Assembly: GCA_035758575.1 (NCBI GenBank)
Contig: DASTXH010000017.1
Coordinates: 22,945-86,944, forward strand
Reading direction: 5' to 3'
Source: Candidatus Saccharimonadales bacterium
GTDB taxonomy: Bacteria > Patescibacteriota > Saccharimonadia > Saccharimonadales > UBA4665
Length of the DNA stretch: 64,000 bases
Shown: one piece after another, positions 33,941 to 43,484 of the stretch
How positions within the stretch are numbered: the stretch's first letter is position 1
Layout of the letters: every line of letters starts with the position of its first letter
Notes under the pieces: generated by a model
What the model was told of the DNA's origin: nothing
Seen by the model: the letters and a program-made list of their open reading frames with translations, nothing else
Database searches by the model: none
Translations under genes and position numbers: made by a program

Positions 33941-36625
33941 CTATAGTTCGCCCCAGTTGCTGGCGATGGAGGTGTCCACGGTGAGTTTTATGGGCAGATC
34001 GGGATAGATGTGTTCCATGGTGTCGTCGAGTAACTTGGCGACCGCCTCGGCCTTGTCAGCCGGACACTCCACTAAAATGGAGTCGTGGATTTGTAGCAAT
34101 TGCTTGCAATCATTACCCAGTTCCTTGAGGCGCTCATCTACTTTGATCATTGCTAGTTTCATAAGATCGGCTTCGGTGCCCTGGATGGGCATGTTGATGG
34201 CGGCCCGCTCGGCAGCAGCGCGCACGGCGAAATTGCTGGAATGGATATCGGGCATGGGGCGCCGCCGGCCAAACAATGTGGCAATGTAGCCGTCCTTGCG
34301 TGCCCTGCTCTTCAGCTCGTCTAGATAGCCGATGAGTGGCTTGCGGAAGGCCATGTATTCCTTGATGAACGCCCCGGCCTGCTCGTACGTCATGCCGGTG
34401 GCGATAGACAGGCCGTGCGGACTCATGCCGTAAATGATACCGAAATTGACTGCCTTGGCACGGCGGCGCATCTCTTTTGTGACCTCTTCGGGCTTACAGT
34501 GGTATACCTGTGCTGCGGTGGCGGTGTGCACGTCTTCGTCACGGTTGAACATGGCCATCAGGTCATCGTCGTGGCTGAGCGCAGCGCTTAGGCGCAGTTC
34601 GAACTGGCTATAGTCTGCACTGACCAGCTTTTTGCCGGGCGCAGCCACGAAGGCGGTACGGATTTTACGCCCCAGTTCGGTACGTACCGGAATGTTTTGC
34701 AGGTTGGGGTCGGTGCTGCTGAGCCTCCCTGTTTGAGCAATGGTAAGGTTAAAGGTAGTATGGACGCGCGACTGTTCGTCCACAAGCAATGGCAAGGTAT
34801 CTACATAGGTGTTTTTCAGCTTGGTTACTTCGCGCCACTGGGTGATGAGGTCGATAATGGCGTGCTGGCCACGCAATTTGTCTAGCTCGCTGGCAGCTGT
34901 GCTATAGCCAGTCTTACCTTTTTTGATGCCCAACGTGGACAAACCCAGGTGCAGCTTATCGAACAGGATGTTTGCAAGCTGAGACGGGCTGCCGATATTG
35001 AATTCGGTGCCGGCCTGTTGATATATTTGTGCTTCAATGTCGGCGATAGTTTTCGTGAAGTCGCCGCTCATTTGGTGCAGGTACGTTGTATCCAGCTGGA
35101 TGCCTTCATATTCCATACGTGCCAGCACGGGGATAACCGGCCACTCGATGGTTTCTGCCAATTCAGGCAACTGCGGTAGTGCGTGCAGCGCGGTATGTTG
35201 TTGTTCATACAACGCCTTGATAATGGCAATTACTTTAGGTGCCCGCGCGAGCGCACCGGCAGTATCCAGGTTCTCGAACGGCTCACCCTGGTAGTGCAAA
35301 TCGGCGCCAGCCAGCTCACTCAGGGTTTGTTCACGCCGCAGGCTATTCAGCAGAAATGCGCCGATCAGCACGTCGTGGGCCGGCCGCGGTATGTCGGTAT
35401 AGCCCAACTCCAGCAGCACTTTAAGGGTTGATTTTACGTCGTAACCAATGAGCTGGGGGATTTTCGGCAGTGCCGTTCGCACCTGCTCTGCAGTAAGCTT
35501 GGTAAGGTCAAGCATATACACCATTTCTCCGTGCGTGCTAAAGGCCAGCATTTGCGGATCGCGGCCATGCCGGCCGTTGGCCCGTGAATGTGCAAACCAT
35601 GGCTCATCAGCAGGCAGGTGCAGTTTCTGCAAACCCGCAGGGTCGTCAATCAGCACTTGGGTGCCGATAGCCAATGCGGCGGCTTCAGGCATAGGTGTTG
35701 CTGTCAATCCGGCCATATGGTCGCTGATGGCAGATTGCATTACTTCGGGCAATTGGCGAGCCAGCGTGCGAAACTCCAGCTTTTGGAATAGTTCTAATAT
35801 CCTGGCGGGCTGGATGTCGTTCCTGGCGTCCACTGCCGGCAGGTCCAGCGGCAGGGGTGCGTCCGTCCAGATCCGCGCCAGTTCTTTACTGAGGTATGCC
35901 AGTTTCTTGCCTGCTTCAAGTTTCTTACGCATGCTCTCTTTGATAAGCGCCAGGTTTTCGTACACGCCATCCAGCGTTTCGTATTGCTGCAATAACTCTA
36001 CGGCTGTCTTTTCGCCGATGCCCGGCACACCGGGTATGTTGTCCGATGAGTCGCCTTTCAGCGATTTCAGATCAAGGTATTGATCGACGCGCAGGCCGTA
36101 CTTGGCTTCAAACGTTTTGTTGGAATACAGCTCAATGTCTGTCAGACCGCGCTTCAGCGCGTAGACATGCACATTGCCGTTCACCAGCTGCAACATATCC
36201 AGGTCAGAGGTAACCAACAGCGTGTTCAGGCCTTTTTCGCGTGCCTGCACCGCCAGGGTGCCCATGATGTCATCGGCTTCATAATCGTCCAGCTCGTACA
36301 GCGGCCAGCCGAAGGCGTGGAGGAGGTCATGCAAAATGGGAATCTGCTCGTAAAAGTCCGGCGGTGCGGGCTTGCGGCCGGCTTTGTATTCGGGATACAG
36401 CGCCAGACGCCGCCGGATGTTGGTCTTGGGCTTGTCCCACGCCACGGCCACATAGTCCGGCTTCAGCCGCTTAATTACCTCAAGAGCCATCACCGCAAAA
36501 CCGTATACACCGCCGGTGGGTATGCCGTCTTTGGTGCTGAGGTTGGGCATGGCGTAGTACCCGCGGTAGAATACGCTTTTCCCATCAATAATAACGAACT
36601 TCTTTGCTGCTTCCGGCGTTTCCAT
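33941..36625 (-). CDS. polA: DNA polymerase I
   Basis: 894 aa with a 5' nuclease domain, a central domain and a family A polymerase (motif A LVSADYSQFELRL; motif C LQIHDSILVE). Confidence 0.95.
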   Translation of the reverse strand: METPEAAKKFVIIDGKSVFYRGYYAMPNLSTKDGIPTGGVYGFAVMALEVIKRLKPDYVAVAWDKPKTNIRRRLALYPEYKAGRKPAPPDFYEQIPILHDLLHAFGWPLYELDDYEADDIMGTLAVQAREKGLNTLLVTSDLDMLQLVNGNVHVYALKRGLTDIELYSNKTFEAKYGLRVDQYLDLKSLKGDSSDNIPGVPGIGEKTAVELLQQYETLDGVYENLALIKESMRKKLEAGKKLAYLSKELARIWTDAPLPLDLPAVDARNDIQPARILELFQKLEFRTLARQLPEVMQSAISDHMAGLTATPMPEAAALAIGTQVLIDDPAGLQKLHLPADEPWFAHSRANGRHGRDPQMLAFSTHGEMVYMLDLTKLTAEQVRTALPKIPQLIGYDVKSTLKVLLELGYTDIPRPAHDVLIGAFLLNSLRREQTLSELAGADLHYQGEPFENLDTAGALARAPKVIAIIKALYEQQHTALHALPQLPELAETIEWPVIPVLARMEYEGIQLDTTYLHQMSGDFTKTIADIEAQIYQQAGTEFNIGSPSQLANILFDKLHLGLSTLGIKKGKTGYSTAASELDKLRGQHAIIDLITQWREVTKLKNTYVDTLPLLVDEQSRVHTTFNLTIAQTGRLSSTDPNLQNIPVRTELGRKIRTAFVAAPGKKLVSADYSQFELRLSAALSHDDDLMAMFNRDEDVHTATAAQVYHCKPEEVTKEMRRRAKAVNFGIIYGMSPHGLSIATGMTYEQAGAFIKEYMAFRKPLIGYLDELKSRARKDGYIATLFGRRRPMPDIHSSNFAVRAAAERAAINMPIQGTEADLMKLAMIKVDERLKELGNDCKQLLQIHDSILVECPADKAEAVAKLLDDTMEHIYPDLPIKLTVDTSIASNWGEL

Positions 36626-36695
36626 ATCTTTTAGTATACCGTAGCTCTGGATATACGGTGGGTAATTAGCGCGCCAAATAGTATAATAATGGCCA

Positions 36696-39524
36696 ATGGA
36701 ACCGGTGGGGTCAAAATTACCATACTACCGCATGGCGCCGGAAGACGCCGTGGCGCAGCTGCACGGCCACAAGATGGGGCTTACCAACCCAGAGGCGGCA
36801 CGGCGGCTGCAAACAGACGGGGCCAACGCGCTACACCGCGGCAAGCATGTTTCGATGCTGGGTACGCTGCTACGACAATTTAAAAGCCTGTTTGTACTGT
36901 TGTTAGTAGTGAGTGCGGCCTTTGCAGTGTATTTGCAGGATGACAAGACTGCCGTCATCCTGGTAGTCATTGCCCTGGTGAATACGGCTGTAGGCTTTGT
37001 GCAGGAATACAAAGCCGAGACACTAATGCACCGGCTGGAGCAGCTGCTGGAGCCGCGTGCGAAGGTACTACGCAATGGGACCTTGCATGATGTAGATTCT
37101 GCTACGTTGGTTCCGGGTGATATTGTCACCCTCACAGAAGGGGATTCCATACCAGCGGATATCCGCATACTTGAAGAAGACGAGCTGTCCACCAACGATT
37201 TTGCGCTCACCGGCGAAAGCAACCCCAGCCGCAAATTTGTCCATGCAATAGGTACGACTGTTCCGCTGGCTGCGCGCGACAACATAGCTTTCATGGGTAC
37301 TACCGTTGCTACCGGTACTGCCCGCGGCATTGTGATCGCCACCGGTATGCGCACCGAACTAGGCCGCATTGCTTCGCTAAGCCAAATTGCCCGGGCCGGT
37401 GATTCACCCTTGCAGCGCGAAATGAATAACTTGGCGGTACGCCTTACCCAGGGTACGGTTGCGCTAGGCGCACTCCTGGCGCTTATCGCACTGCAGGCGC
37501 ACTTTGGCGTCAAAGACGCCCTGTTGTTCGCCATAGGCATCAGCGCCGCTATGATACCGAATGGCCTGATAGCAGAGGTAAACATCAACCTGGCCCAAAC
37601 CGCCAGCCGCATGGCCAAAGCCCGCACACTTATCAAAAAACTATCTGCCGTGGAAACCCTGGGCGCCACCAATGTCATCCTGACCGACAAAACCGGCACA
37701 CTCACTAAAAATGAGATGACCATCACCAGTTTCCTGATTGGCCGCAGCAAATACACCGTGTCTGGCACCGGTTACGAGCCGGCGGGGCACGTACTGGATG
37801 CACGGGGCAAAGTGCTGCCAAAAAACGCCTTGCAAGAGATTGGCCTGTTCTTTATGACCGGCGCCATGGCCAGTAATGCCAAAGTATGCCAGCCGGACAG
37901 CCAGCACGCCACCTGGTACACCCTGGGCGATCCCACCGAAGGGGCCATCATCACCCTGGCGCGCAAAAGCGGTCTGAACACCGAAAAGCTGGACCTGCGC
38001 TACCCAGAAGTAAAAGAGTTTCAGTTTGACTCCGGCCGCAAACTGATGAGTTCGGTACGCAAATTTGAGGACGGCAGCATAGCCGTCTTCGTAAAAGGCG
38101 CGCCCGAAGCAGTACTGCAGCGCAGTACACACCTATGGGATCACACACTCAACCGCAAACTGTCGAGCCGCGACCGGACGTTCTTTGCAGAGCATAATGA
38201 CACAAATGCCGCAAAAGCTCTTCGCAACCTGGCATTCGCCTACCGCATTCTGCCCAAGAACACCGACCTCAAAAAACTGGACATGGCAAAAGTGGAGCAA
38301 AACCTCACCTTCTTGGGAATCGTCAGCATGGAAGACCCGCTGCGGGAAGACGTGCCGGCAGCCATGGCGGCCGCCCGCCAGGCGCACGTGCGGGTATCGG
38401 TGATTACCGGTGACTATCCGGCCACCGCCAAAGCCATTGCAGCCAAGGCCGGCCTGGCCGACCACCCCGATCACATAAAAATCGTCCTGGCGGATGATCT
38501 GGCCGGGTTATCAGACGCCCAAATCCTGCAGCTGGTTGCCGAAGGCGGCACGGTATTCTCGCGCGTATCGCCCGAGGATAAAATGCGCATCGTAGAAATT
38601 GCTAAGGCCAGCGGCCTAGTAGTGGCCGTTACTGGCGACGGTATCAATGATGCGCCAGCATTGAAACGCGCCGACATCGGCGTGGCCATGGGCAAAACCG
38701 GCACTGATGTTGCCAAGGAGGCGGCAGATATCGTCCTCTTGGACGACAGCTTCGGTACGCTGGTAGGCGCCATCGAGCAAGGCAGACTCACGTTCCAAAA
38801 CATCAAGAAAGCCGCCCGCTGTGCCCTAACCGATAATGCCGGCGAGCTGTTTGCCATACTTATCAGCGTAGCCGCACAGGCACTTTTCCATGTGCCGCTG
38901 GCCATTACGGTCGTGCAGATCTTGGCCATAGATATCGTTGCCGAAATGCTCCCTATTACGGCCCTAGGCTGGGACAAAGCCCAAGGACGACTGATGCACG
39001 ACAAGCCACGCCGGTTGGGCGACCATATACTCAACATGGGCACCGTAAAAGAATTTGTTGGCTACGGCTTGCTGGCTGCTATCTTAGCCACAGGCAACTT
39101 CTTTCTGTTTTTCCTACGCCACGGCACCAGCCCGGAGCACATCGACAGCACCAGTCTCATCTACGCCCAGGCTACTACCCTCACCTATGTCACCCTGGTC
39201 TTCTGCCAGTTCATCAATCTATTACTGGTGCGCACTGCCGAGCACGCGCAGTTCTTTACGGCGTATCTGTGGAGCAACAAACGGTTACTAATGGCCTTTG
39301 CAGCATCGTTGTTTTGCATCCTGAACCTGGCATACAACCCCATTGTTCAGCCATACTTTAGAACCGGCGCACTGCAAGTTAGTGACTGGCTGATGGCACT
39401 CACGATGGCCGGGGTATACTTGGTTCTACGTCTGCTGCAGCGTCACAGCCGCAAATACTCACGCCGCGCCGTCGTGCAGCTGCACCGAGATATCCACGGC
39501 GCTGCGTCGCCCTCGAAGCTATAG
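36696..39524 (+). CDS. Cation-transporting P-type ATPase (P2-type, Ca2+/Mg2+-like)
   Basis: 942 aa with TGES, phosphorylation motif ILTDKTGTLT, the hinge TGDGINDAPALKRADIGVAMG and about 10 TM helices. Confidence 0.9.
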   Translation: MEPVGSKLPYYRMAPEDAVAQLHGHKMGLTNPEAARRLQTDGANALHRGKHVSMLGTLLRQFKSLFVLLLVVSAAFAVYLQDDKTAVILVVIALVNTAVGFVQEYKAETLMHRLEQLLEPRAKVLRNGTLHDVDSATLVPGDIVTLTEGDSIPADIRILEEDELSTNDFALTGESNPSRKFVHAIGTTVPLAARDNIAFMGTTVATGTARGIVIATGMRTELGRIASLSQIARAGDSPLQREMNNLAVRLTQGTVALGALLALIALQAHFGVKDALLFAIGISAAMIPNGLIAEVNINLAQTASRMAKARTLIKKLSAVETLGATNVILTDKTGTLTKNEMTITSFLIGRSKYTVSGTGYEPAGHVLDARGKVLPKNALQEIGLFFMTGAMASNAKVCQPDSQHATWYTLGDPTEGAIITLARKSGLNTEKLDLRYPEVKEFQFDSGRKLMSSVRKFEDGSIAVFVKGAPEAVLQRSTHLWDHTLNRKLSSRDRTFFAEHNDTNAAKALRNLAFAYRILPKNTDLKKLDMAKVEQNLTFLGIVSMEDPLREDVPAAMAAARQAHVRVSVITGDYPATAKAIAAKAGLADHPDHIKIVLADDLAGLSDAQILQLVAEGGTVFSRVSPEDKMRIVEIAKASGLVVAVTGDGINDAPALKRADIGVAMGKTGTDVAKEAADIVLLDDSFGTLVGAIEQGRLTFQNIKKAARCALTDNAGELFAILISVAAQALFHVPLAITVVQILAIDIVAEMLPITALGWDKAQGRLMHDKPRRLGDHILNMGTVKEFVGYGLLAAILATGNFFLFFLRHGTSPEHIDSTSLIYAQATTLTYVTLVFCQFINLLLVRTAEHAQFFTAYLWSNKRLLMAFAASLFCILNLAYNPIVQPYFRTGALQVSDWLMALTMAGVYLVLRLLQRHSRKYSRRAVVQLHRDIHGAASPSKL

Positions 39525-39525
39525 G

Positions 39526-40638
39526 TCATGGGTTACCAGCATGACGGATAATATACAGATCCTGAACGGCTTTGTCTTTTTCGGGATCGCCACGGCTGAA
39601 TTCATTTTTCCGGGCAAATAGCTGCGCCTCCTCAGGCAGCGATACATGTATGTATTCTCCTGGAATGTCTAAGTCATACAGCGCCTGAGCAACGTGACTA
39701 AGCATGGCGGCGCGCAGACGCAGGCGCCAACCTGTACGCACAAACTTTTCACTGCAACCGTGCGCAGTTGTCACTGCTTGGTTGTACATGAGTCCGTCTC
39801 CGTACCATCCCGGAAAACGTCTTTCCCTATCATCCTCGCTGCTGAACATCCGCTTCACCTCGGGAGGCGCAGCAAAGAGATGCATATATACCCGCGCCGG
39901 ATCGATGCCATAGTGGCGCTGAGCCATCAGCAGCGCGTGCGACACTGGCGAATATAATTTGCCTGGCACGCCATTTGCCTGAAATACATGAGGGCGAGGA
40001 AAGCTTTGCATAGACATTGATAAGAGACCGATGATTGCACGACCGTCCTGGCCATGTAGCTCAAACCCCAACTGCATTGCGCTCATAGTACTCCGGCAAA
40101 ATATTGCACCGTAGGTGTCTGCAGGCACGAAGCATACATTAAAATTCTGCAAGACGTGCTGTCCGGCCGGGCCCTGGCTCAGCAATCCATGCCGTTCGTA
40201 AAATCCAAACCTATCAGCAAAGCCCGTATGGTACGCTTGCTGTTCTACCGGCAATTTGCCGGTATGAGGCACGATTTCTACGGTGCGCCGATTTTCTAAC
40301 CCATAGGCGGCCAGGGCGCGCCCTACGTTCTGATCCGCACAGTCGTCTGCATTACGCACCCCCTCAGGCAGCTGACATACTGTTTGGCATGCCAACAGCC
40401 CAGCAGTTTTGCAGGCCGTGGGCGACATATTACCACTCCGCTCCAGATATCTCGGCGCCTTACCAGAACGGGTAATGATTGCCAGTGTCTCTTCACCTAT
40501 GCAATCAACAATACCCGGCCCCTGCTCCAATGCCATACGCGCCAAAAGCTGCCGCTCGTAAACGCTCGCGGTTGGCGTAGCAACAAGTGGCTTTTCTTCA
40601 CGGCGCATCCATTCTGCGTCCACCGTGCGATGATGCAC
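39526..40638 (-). CDS. Hypothetical protein (370 aa)
   Basis: Long ORF that ends 2 nt from the convergent ATPase gene. No motif I can assign. Last gene of the dnaG-rpoD transcription direction. Confidence 0.55.
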   Translation of the reverse strand: MHHRTVDAEWMRREEKPLVATPTASVYERQLLARMALEQGPGIVDCIGEETLAIITRSGKAPRYLERSGNMSPTACKTAGLLACQTVCQLPEGVRNADDCADQNVGRALAAYGLENRRTVEIVPHTGKLPVEQQAYHTGFADRFGFYERHGLLSQGPAGQHVLQNFNVCFVPADTYGAIFCRSTMSAMQLGFELHGQDGRAIIGLLSMSMQSFPRPHVFQANGVPGKLYSPVSHALLMAQRHYGIDPARVYMHLFAAPPEVKRMFSSEDDRERRFPGWYGDGLMYNQAVTTAHGCSEKFVRTGWRLRLRAAMLSHVAQALYDLDIPGEYIHVSLPEEAQLFARKNEFSRGDPEKDKAVQDLYIIRHAGNP

Positions 40639-40685
40639 GATTTACATGATACCTTCAATAGAAATTTCTGCAATGTAGCTAAAAG

Positions 40686-41339
40686 CTACAAAGACAGCTC
40701 TGAAGCAGCGGCAGCTTTGAATGCGGCTATGTCGTTGCCGTCGTTTTGAATACGGATGTCGGCCATAGCAATCACGGCAGCCATGCCGAACTTGGTAGGA
40801 TCGGTAGCGCCAGCAGCCATTTCGGCGGCTTCTTTGGCTTGGAATTGTTCGAAAGTATCAGTGTCGTCGGCACGGCCGCGGCCGGTGAGGCGTGCAAAAC
40901 GCACGTGCGGGTCAGCGTCTACCACGATGAGTTTACCGCCGACTGCCCTGAGTCGAGACGCTTCGCCGGTGCCACGGATACTGCCAATCACCAGGCCTCT
41001 TGGCTGTAAATCCTCCGATAGCACGCTGCATTGCAGCCACCAGCTCAACAAACCCAACTCTACCATACCTCCAGGGTATGCCGTACGGAACGCATTACCT
41101 ACGCGACCCATAGGTGTTTCATTGCCACCGCGGGCAGTCGATTGGAATACTGCATTGGATATTTGGCGCAAAGCGGCGCTGGTGTTAAAGCAATAGAAGC
41201 CTTTCTCTACCAGCAGCTCCATCAGCGAGTCTTTGCCGCTGCCGTTGGTTCCGGCCACACCGTAGACGGTGACGCCCTTAAAGGCATCCAGATAGCGTTG
41301 GTCTTGTACAATTGCTTGCTGCAGTGCGTCGTCTGCCAT
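40686..41339 (-). CDS. P-loop nucleoside/nucleotide-kinase-like protein
   Basis: Start taken at MADDALQQ (41339). Walker A VYGVAGTNGSGKDSL, with a small-kinase size and layout. Confidence 0.6.
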   Translation of the reverse strand: MADDALQQAIVQDQRYLDAFKGVTVYGVAGTNGSGKDSLMELLVEKGFYCFNTSAALRQISNAVFQSTARGGNETPMGRVGNAFRTAYPGGMVELGLLSWWLQCSVLSEDLQPRGLVIGSIRGTGEASRLRAVGGKLIVVDADPHVRFARLTGRGRADDTDTFEQFQAKEAAEMAAGATDPTKFGMAAVIAMADIRIQNDGNDIAAFKAAAASELSL

Positions 41340-41410
41340 GGCTGTTCCTCTGGTTACTGACCGGTATTCTACTGGAGTTCGGTATCTTTCGCAACGGGTA
41401 GCGGCAATCA

Positions 41411-42313
41411 TTAAGCCCCGCTGCGAAAAATCAGCCGACCGACCTGCAACGCTAATTGAGGCGCCAAACGCTCAGCCACGTCATCTTCCAACCGGCATTT
41501 TCCTTGAAACGTCGTGTCGTACACAAGCGACTCAACGATTGCCACACCCTCGGATGTCACCAATGCAGTGTCATCTTCGTACACGACGCTTTCGGGCACG
41601 CCACTACGGCTACGGTACTCTTTCAATGATGGCACAACGGTTAGGCCGAGGTACGGGATAGAATCCCCATCATCTTGGGGCCTCGCCCAAAAATCTATGC
41701 CATAGTGGGCGTCATCCAATGTAGCCTGCTCGAACGTATAAGAACGAACCCTGCGCGCAATCTGCCCATACGCAGTCCTGTGACGAATACCATTCACCAG
41801 CCTGTCCATATCACGCTCGAGATAATATGGGCTGGCCGCGACCTTTGATCCTTTGGCTTCTACGATTGCCGCAACTAGATGGTTGGCCACCTTTGCCATA
41901 GCAATATCCGGCATACTTGCAAGCGTCATGCTCAAAAATTGCCGATAGCGTACCGTGAAGTCATGTAGCTCCCCCGCCGGCACGTCGCCCTGTCTTCGAT
42001 ACTGCGCCAGCTGCTGCTGTGCCTCGTAATAATACGGGGCGGCGGCGGTTATCCACCCGGCGGCAGCCTGACCGGGATTGCTATGTTCGCGGATGGCTGC
42101 TTGTGTTTTGAGCCCGCTAAACTCGGCTACCGAGCGCCAATATTCGTCGTACGGTATAGTGCCCCCGGCATCACGACCAGTCTGTTGAACAAGATAATCT
42201 CTAAAACCCAAAGAGGTTACATAGCTCTTTATCACTTCAGACGGATCAGGTAAGTACGGCATACCTGTAGGCGGCGTCTCGTACGGACGACCAGAGGCGG
42301 TATTGTAGTTCAT
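41411..42313 (-). CDS. Hypothetical protein (300 aa)
   Basis: ORF begins 35 nt downstream of the rpoD stop. No recognisable motif. Confidence 0.55.
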   Translation of the reverse strand: MNYNTASGRPYETPPTGMPYLPDPSEVIKSYVTSLGFRDYLVQQTGRDAGGTIPYDEYWRSVAEFSGLKTQAAIREHSNPGQAAAGWITAAAPYYYEAQQQLAQYRRQGDVPAGELHDFTVRYRQFLSMTLASMPDIAMAKVANHLVAAIVEAKGSKVAASPYYLERDMDRLVNGIRHRTAYGQIARRVRSYTFEQATLDDAHYGIDFWARPQDDGDSIPYLGLTVVPSLKEYRSRSGVPESVVYEDDTALVTSEGVAIVESLVYDTTFQGKCRLEDDVAERLAPQLALQVGRLIFRSGA

Positions 42314-42347
42314 TTGAGTACTCGAAAGTTGGGCGTAAAGAGGGGCG

Positions 42348-43481
42348 TCAACCTTTTATGTAGTCGTGGAGCTTCTTGGCGTCGCGGTGTTTGCGAAGCT
42401 TGGCCAGCGCCTTGGCCTCGATTTGGCGAATGCGCTCACGGGTTACTTGGAACTCACTGCCCACTTCCTCCAGCGTATGGCTCTTGCCGTCTTCCAAACC
42501 GAAACGCAGACGGATAATTTTCTGTTCACGCTCAGTCAGCACGTTCAACATATCCTTCACCTGCTCTTTCAGCAGCTGGCTGGTAGCGGATTCTTCAGGC
42601 GTTACGGTGTCTTCATCTTCGATAAAGTCGGCAAGGACGGAATCGTCTTCGTTGTCGCGGATAGAGGCATCGAGACTGGAGATGTCTTGCTTGATCTTCA
42701 TGATGTGCTCTACCTTGTCCACCTCGATGTCCATGGCGCCGGCAATTTCTTCGTTAGTCGGCTCGCGGTTCAATTCTTGCGTCAGGCGGCGCTGGGTGCG
42801 CAGCAGCTTGTTGATAGTCTCAACCATGTGCACCGGAATACGGATAGTGCGTGCCTGGTCGGCAATGGCGCGCGTAATAGCCTGGCGGATCCACCAGGTA
42901 GCGTAGGTACTGAACTTGAACCCCTTGTCTGGGTCAAACTTTTCTACGGCACGAAGCAGGCCGGTGTTGCCCTCTTGGATGAGGTCGAGCAGGTCGAGAC
43001 CGCGGCCCACGTAACGCTTGGCGATGGACACCACCAGACGCATATTTGCCTCCGCCATCTTATCTTTGGCTTCTTTGTCGCCGGCGGATACGCGCTTGGC
43101 CAATTCCAACTCTTCGTCGCCCGACAGCAGCGGAATCTTACCGATCTCGCGCAGGTACAGGCGCACTGAGTCGTCGTGCACATCGTCGTCGTATGCCGAA
43201 GTATCTACCAGCGGCTCATCCTCTTCTTCGTCGGGTAACCATTCGTCGGTAAAATGCTCGGGATCCGGCTCGGCAGTTGCCACCGCTACGCCGGCGTCAG
43301 CCAGCTCGGTATACAGCTGGTCGAGCAATTCGGCATTCTCGGGCTTGTCTGCAATTGCCGCAAATACATCTTTTTGGCTGATCTGCCCCGCCTTCTTGGC
43401 CTTTTCAACCACCCAGGCCTTACGTGCCTGCAGGTCTTCCGGCATCGTTTCTACGGGTGCTGCTTTCTTTGGTTTTGCCAT
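42348..43481 (-). CDS. rpoD: RNA polymerase primary sigma factor (sigma-70 family)
   Basis: 377 aa with regions 1.2-4.2 ([27 protein letters not shown]; [15 protein letters not shown]...TLEEVG). Confidence 0.95.
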   Translation of the reverse strand: MAKPKKAAPVETMPEDLQARKAWVVEKAKKAGQISQKDVFAAIADKPENAELLDQLYTELADAGVAVATAEPDPEHFTDEWLPDEEEDEPLVDTSAYDDDVHDDSVRLYLREIGKIPLLSGDEELELAKRVSAGDKEAKDKMAEANMRLVVSIAKRYVGRGLDLLDLIQEGNTGLLRAVEKFDPDKGFKFSTYATWWIRQAITRAIADQARTIRIPVHMVETINKLLRTQRRLTQELNREPTNEEIAGAMDIEVDKVEHIMKIKQDISSLDASIRDNEDDSVLADFIEDEDTVTPEESATSQLLKEQVKDMLNVLTEREQKIIRLRFGLEDGKSHTLEEVGSEFQVTRERIRQIEAKALAKLRKHRDAKKLHDYIKG

Positions 43482-43484
43482 ACG

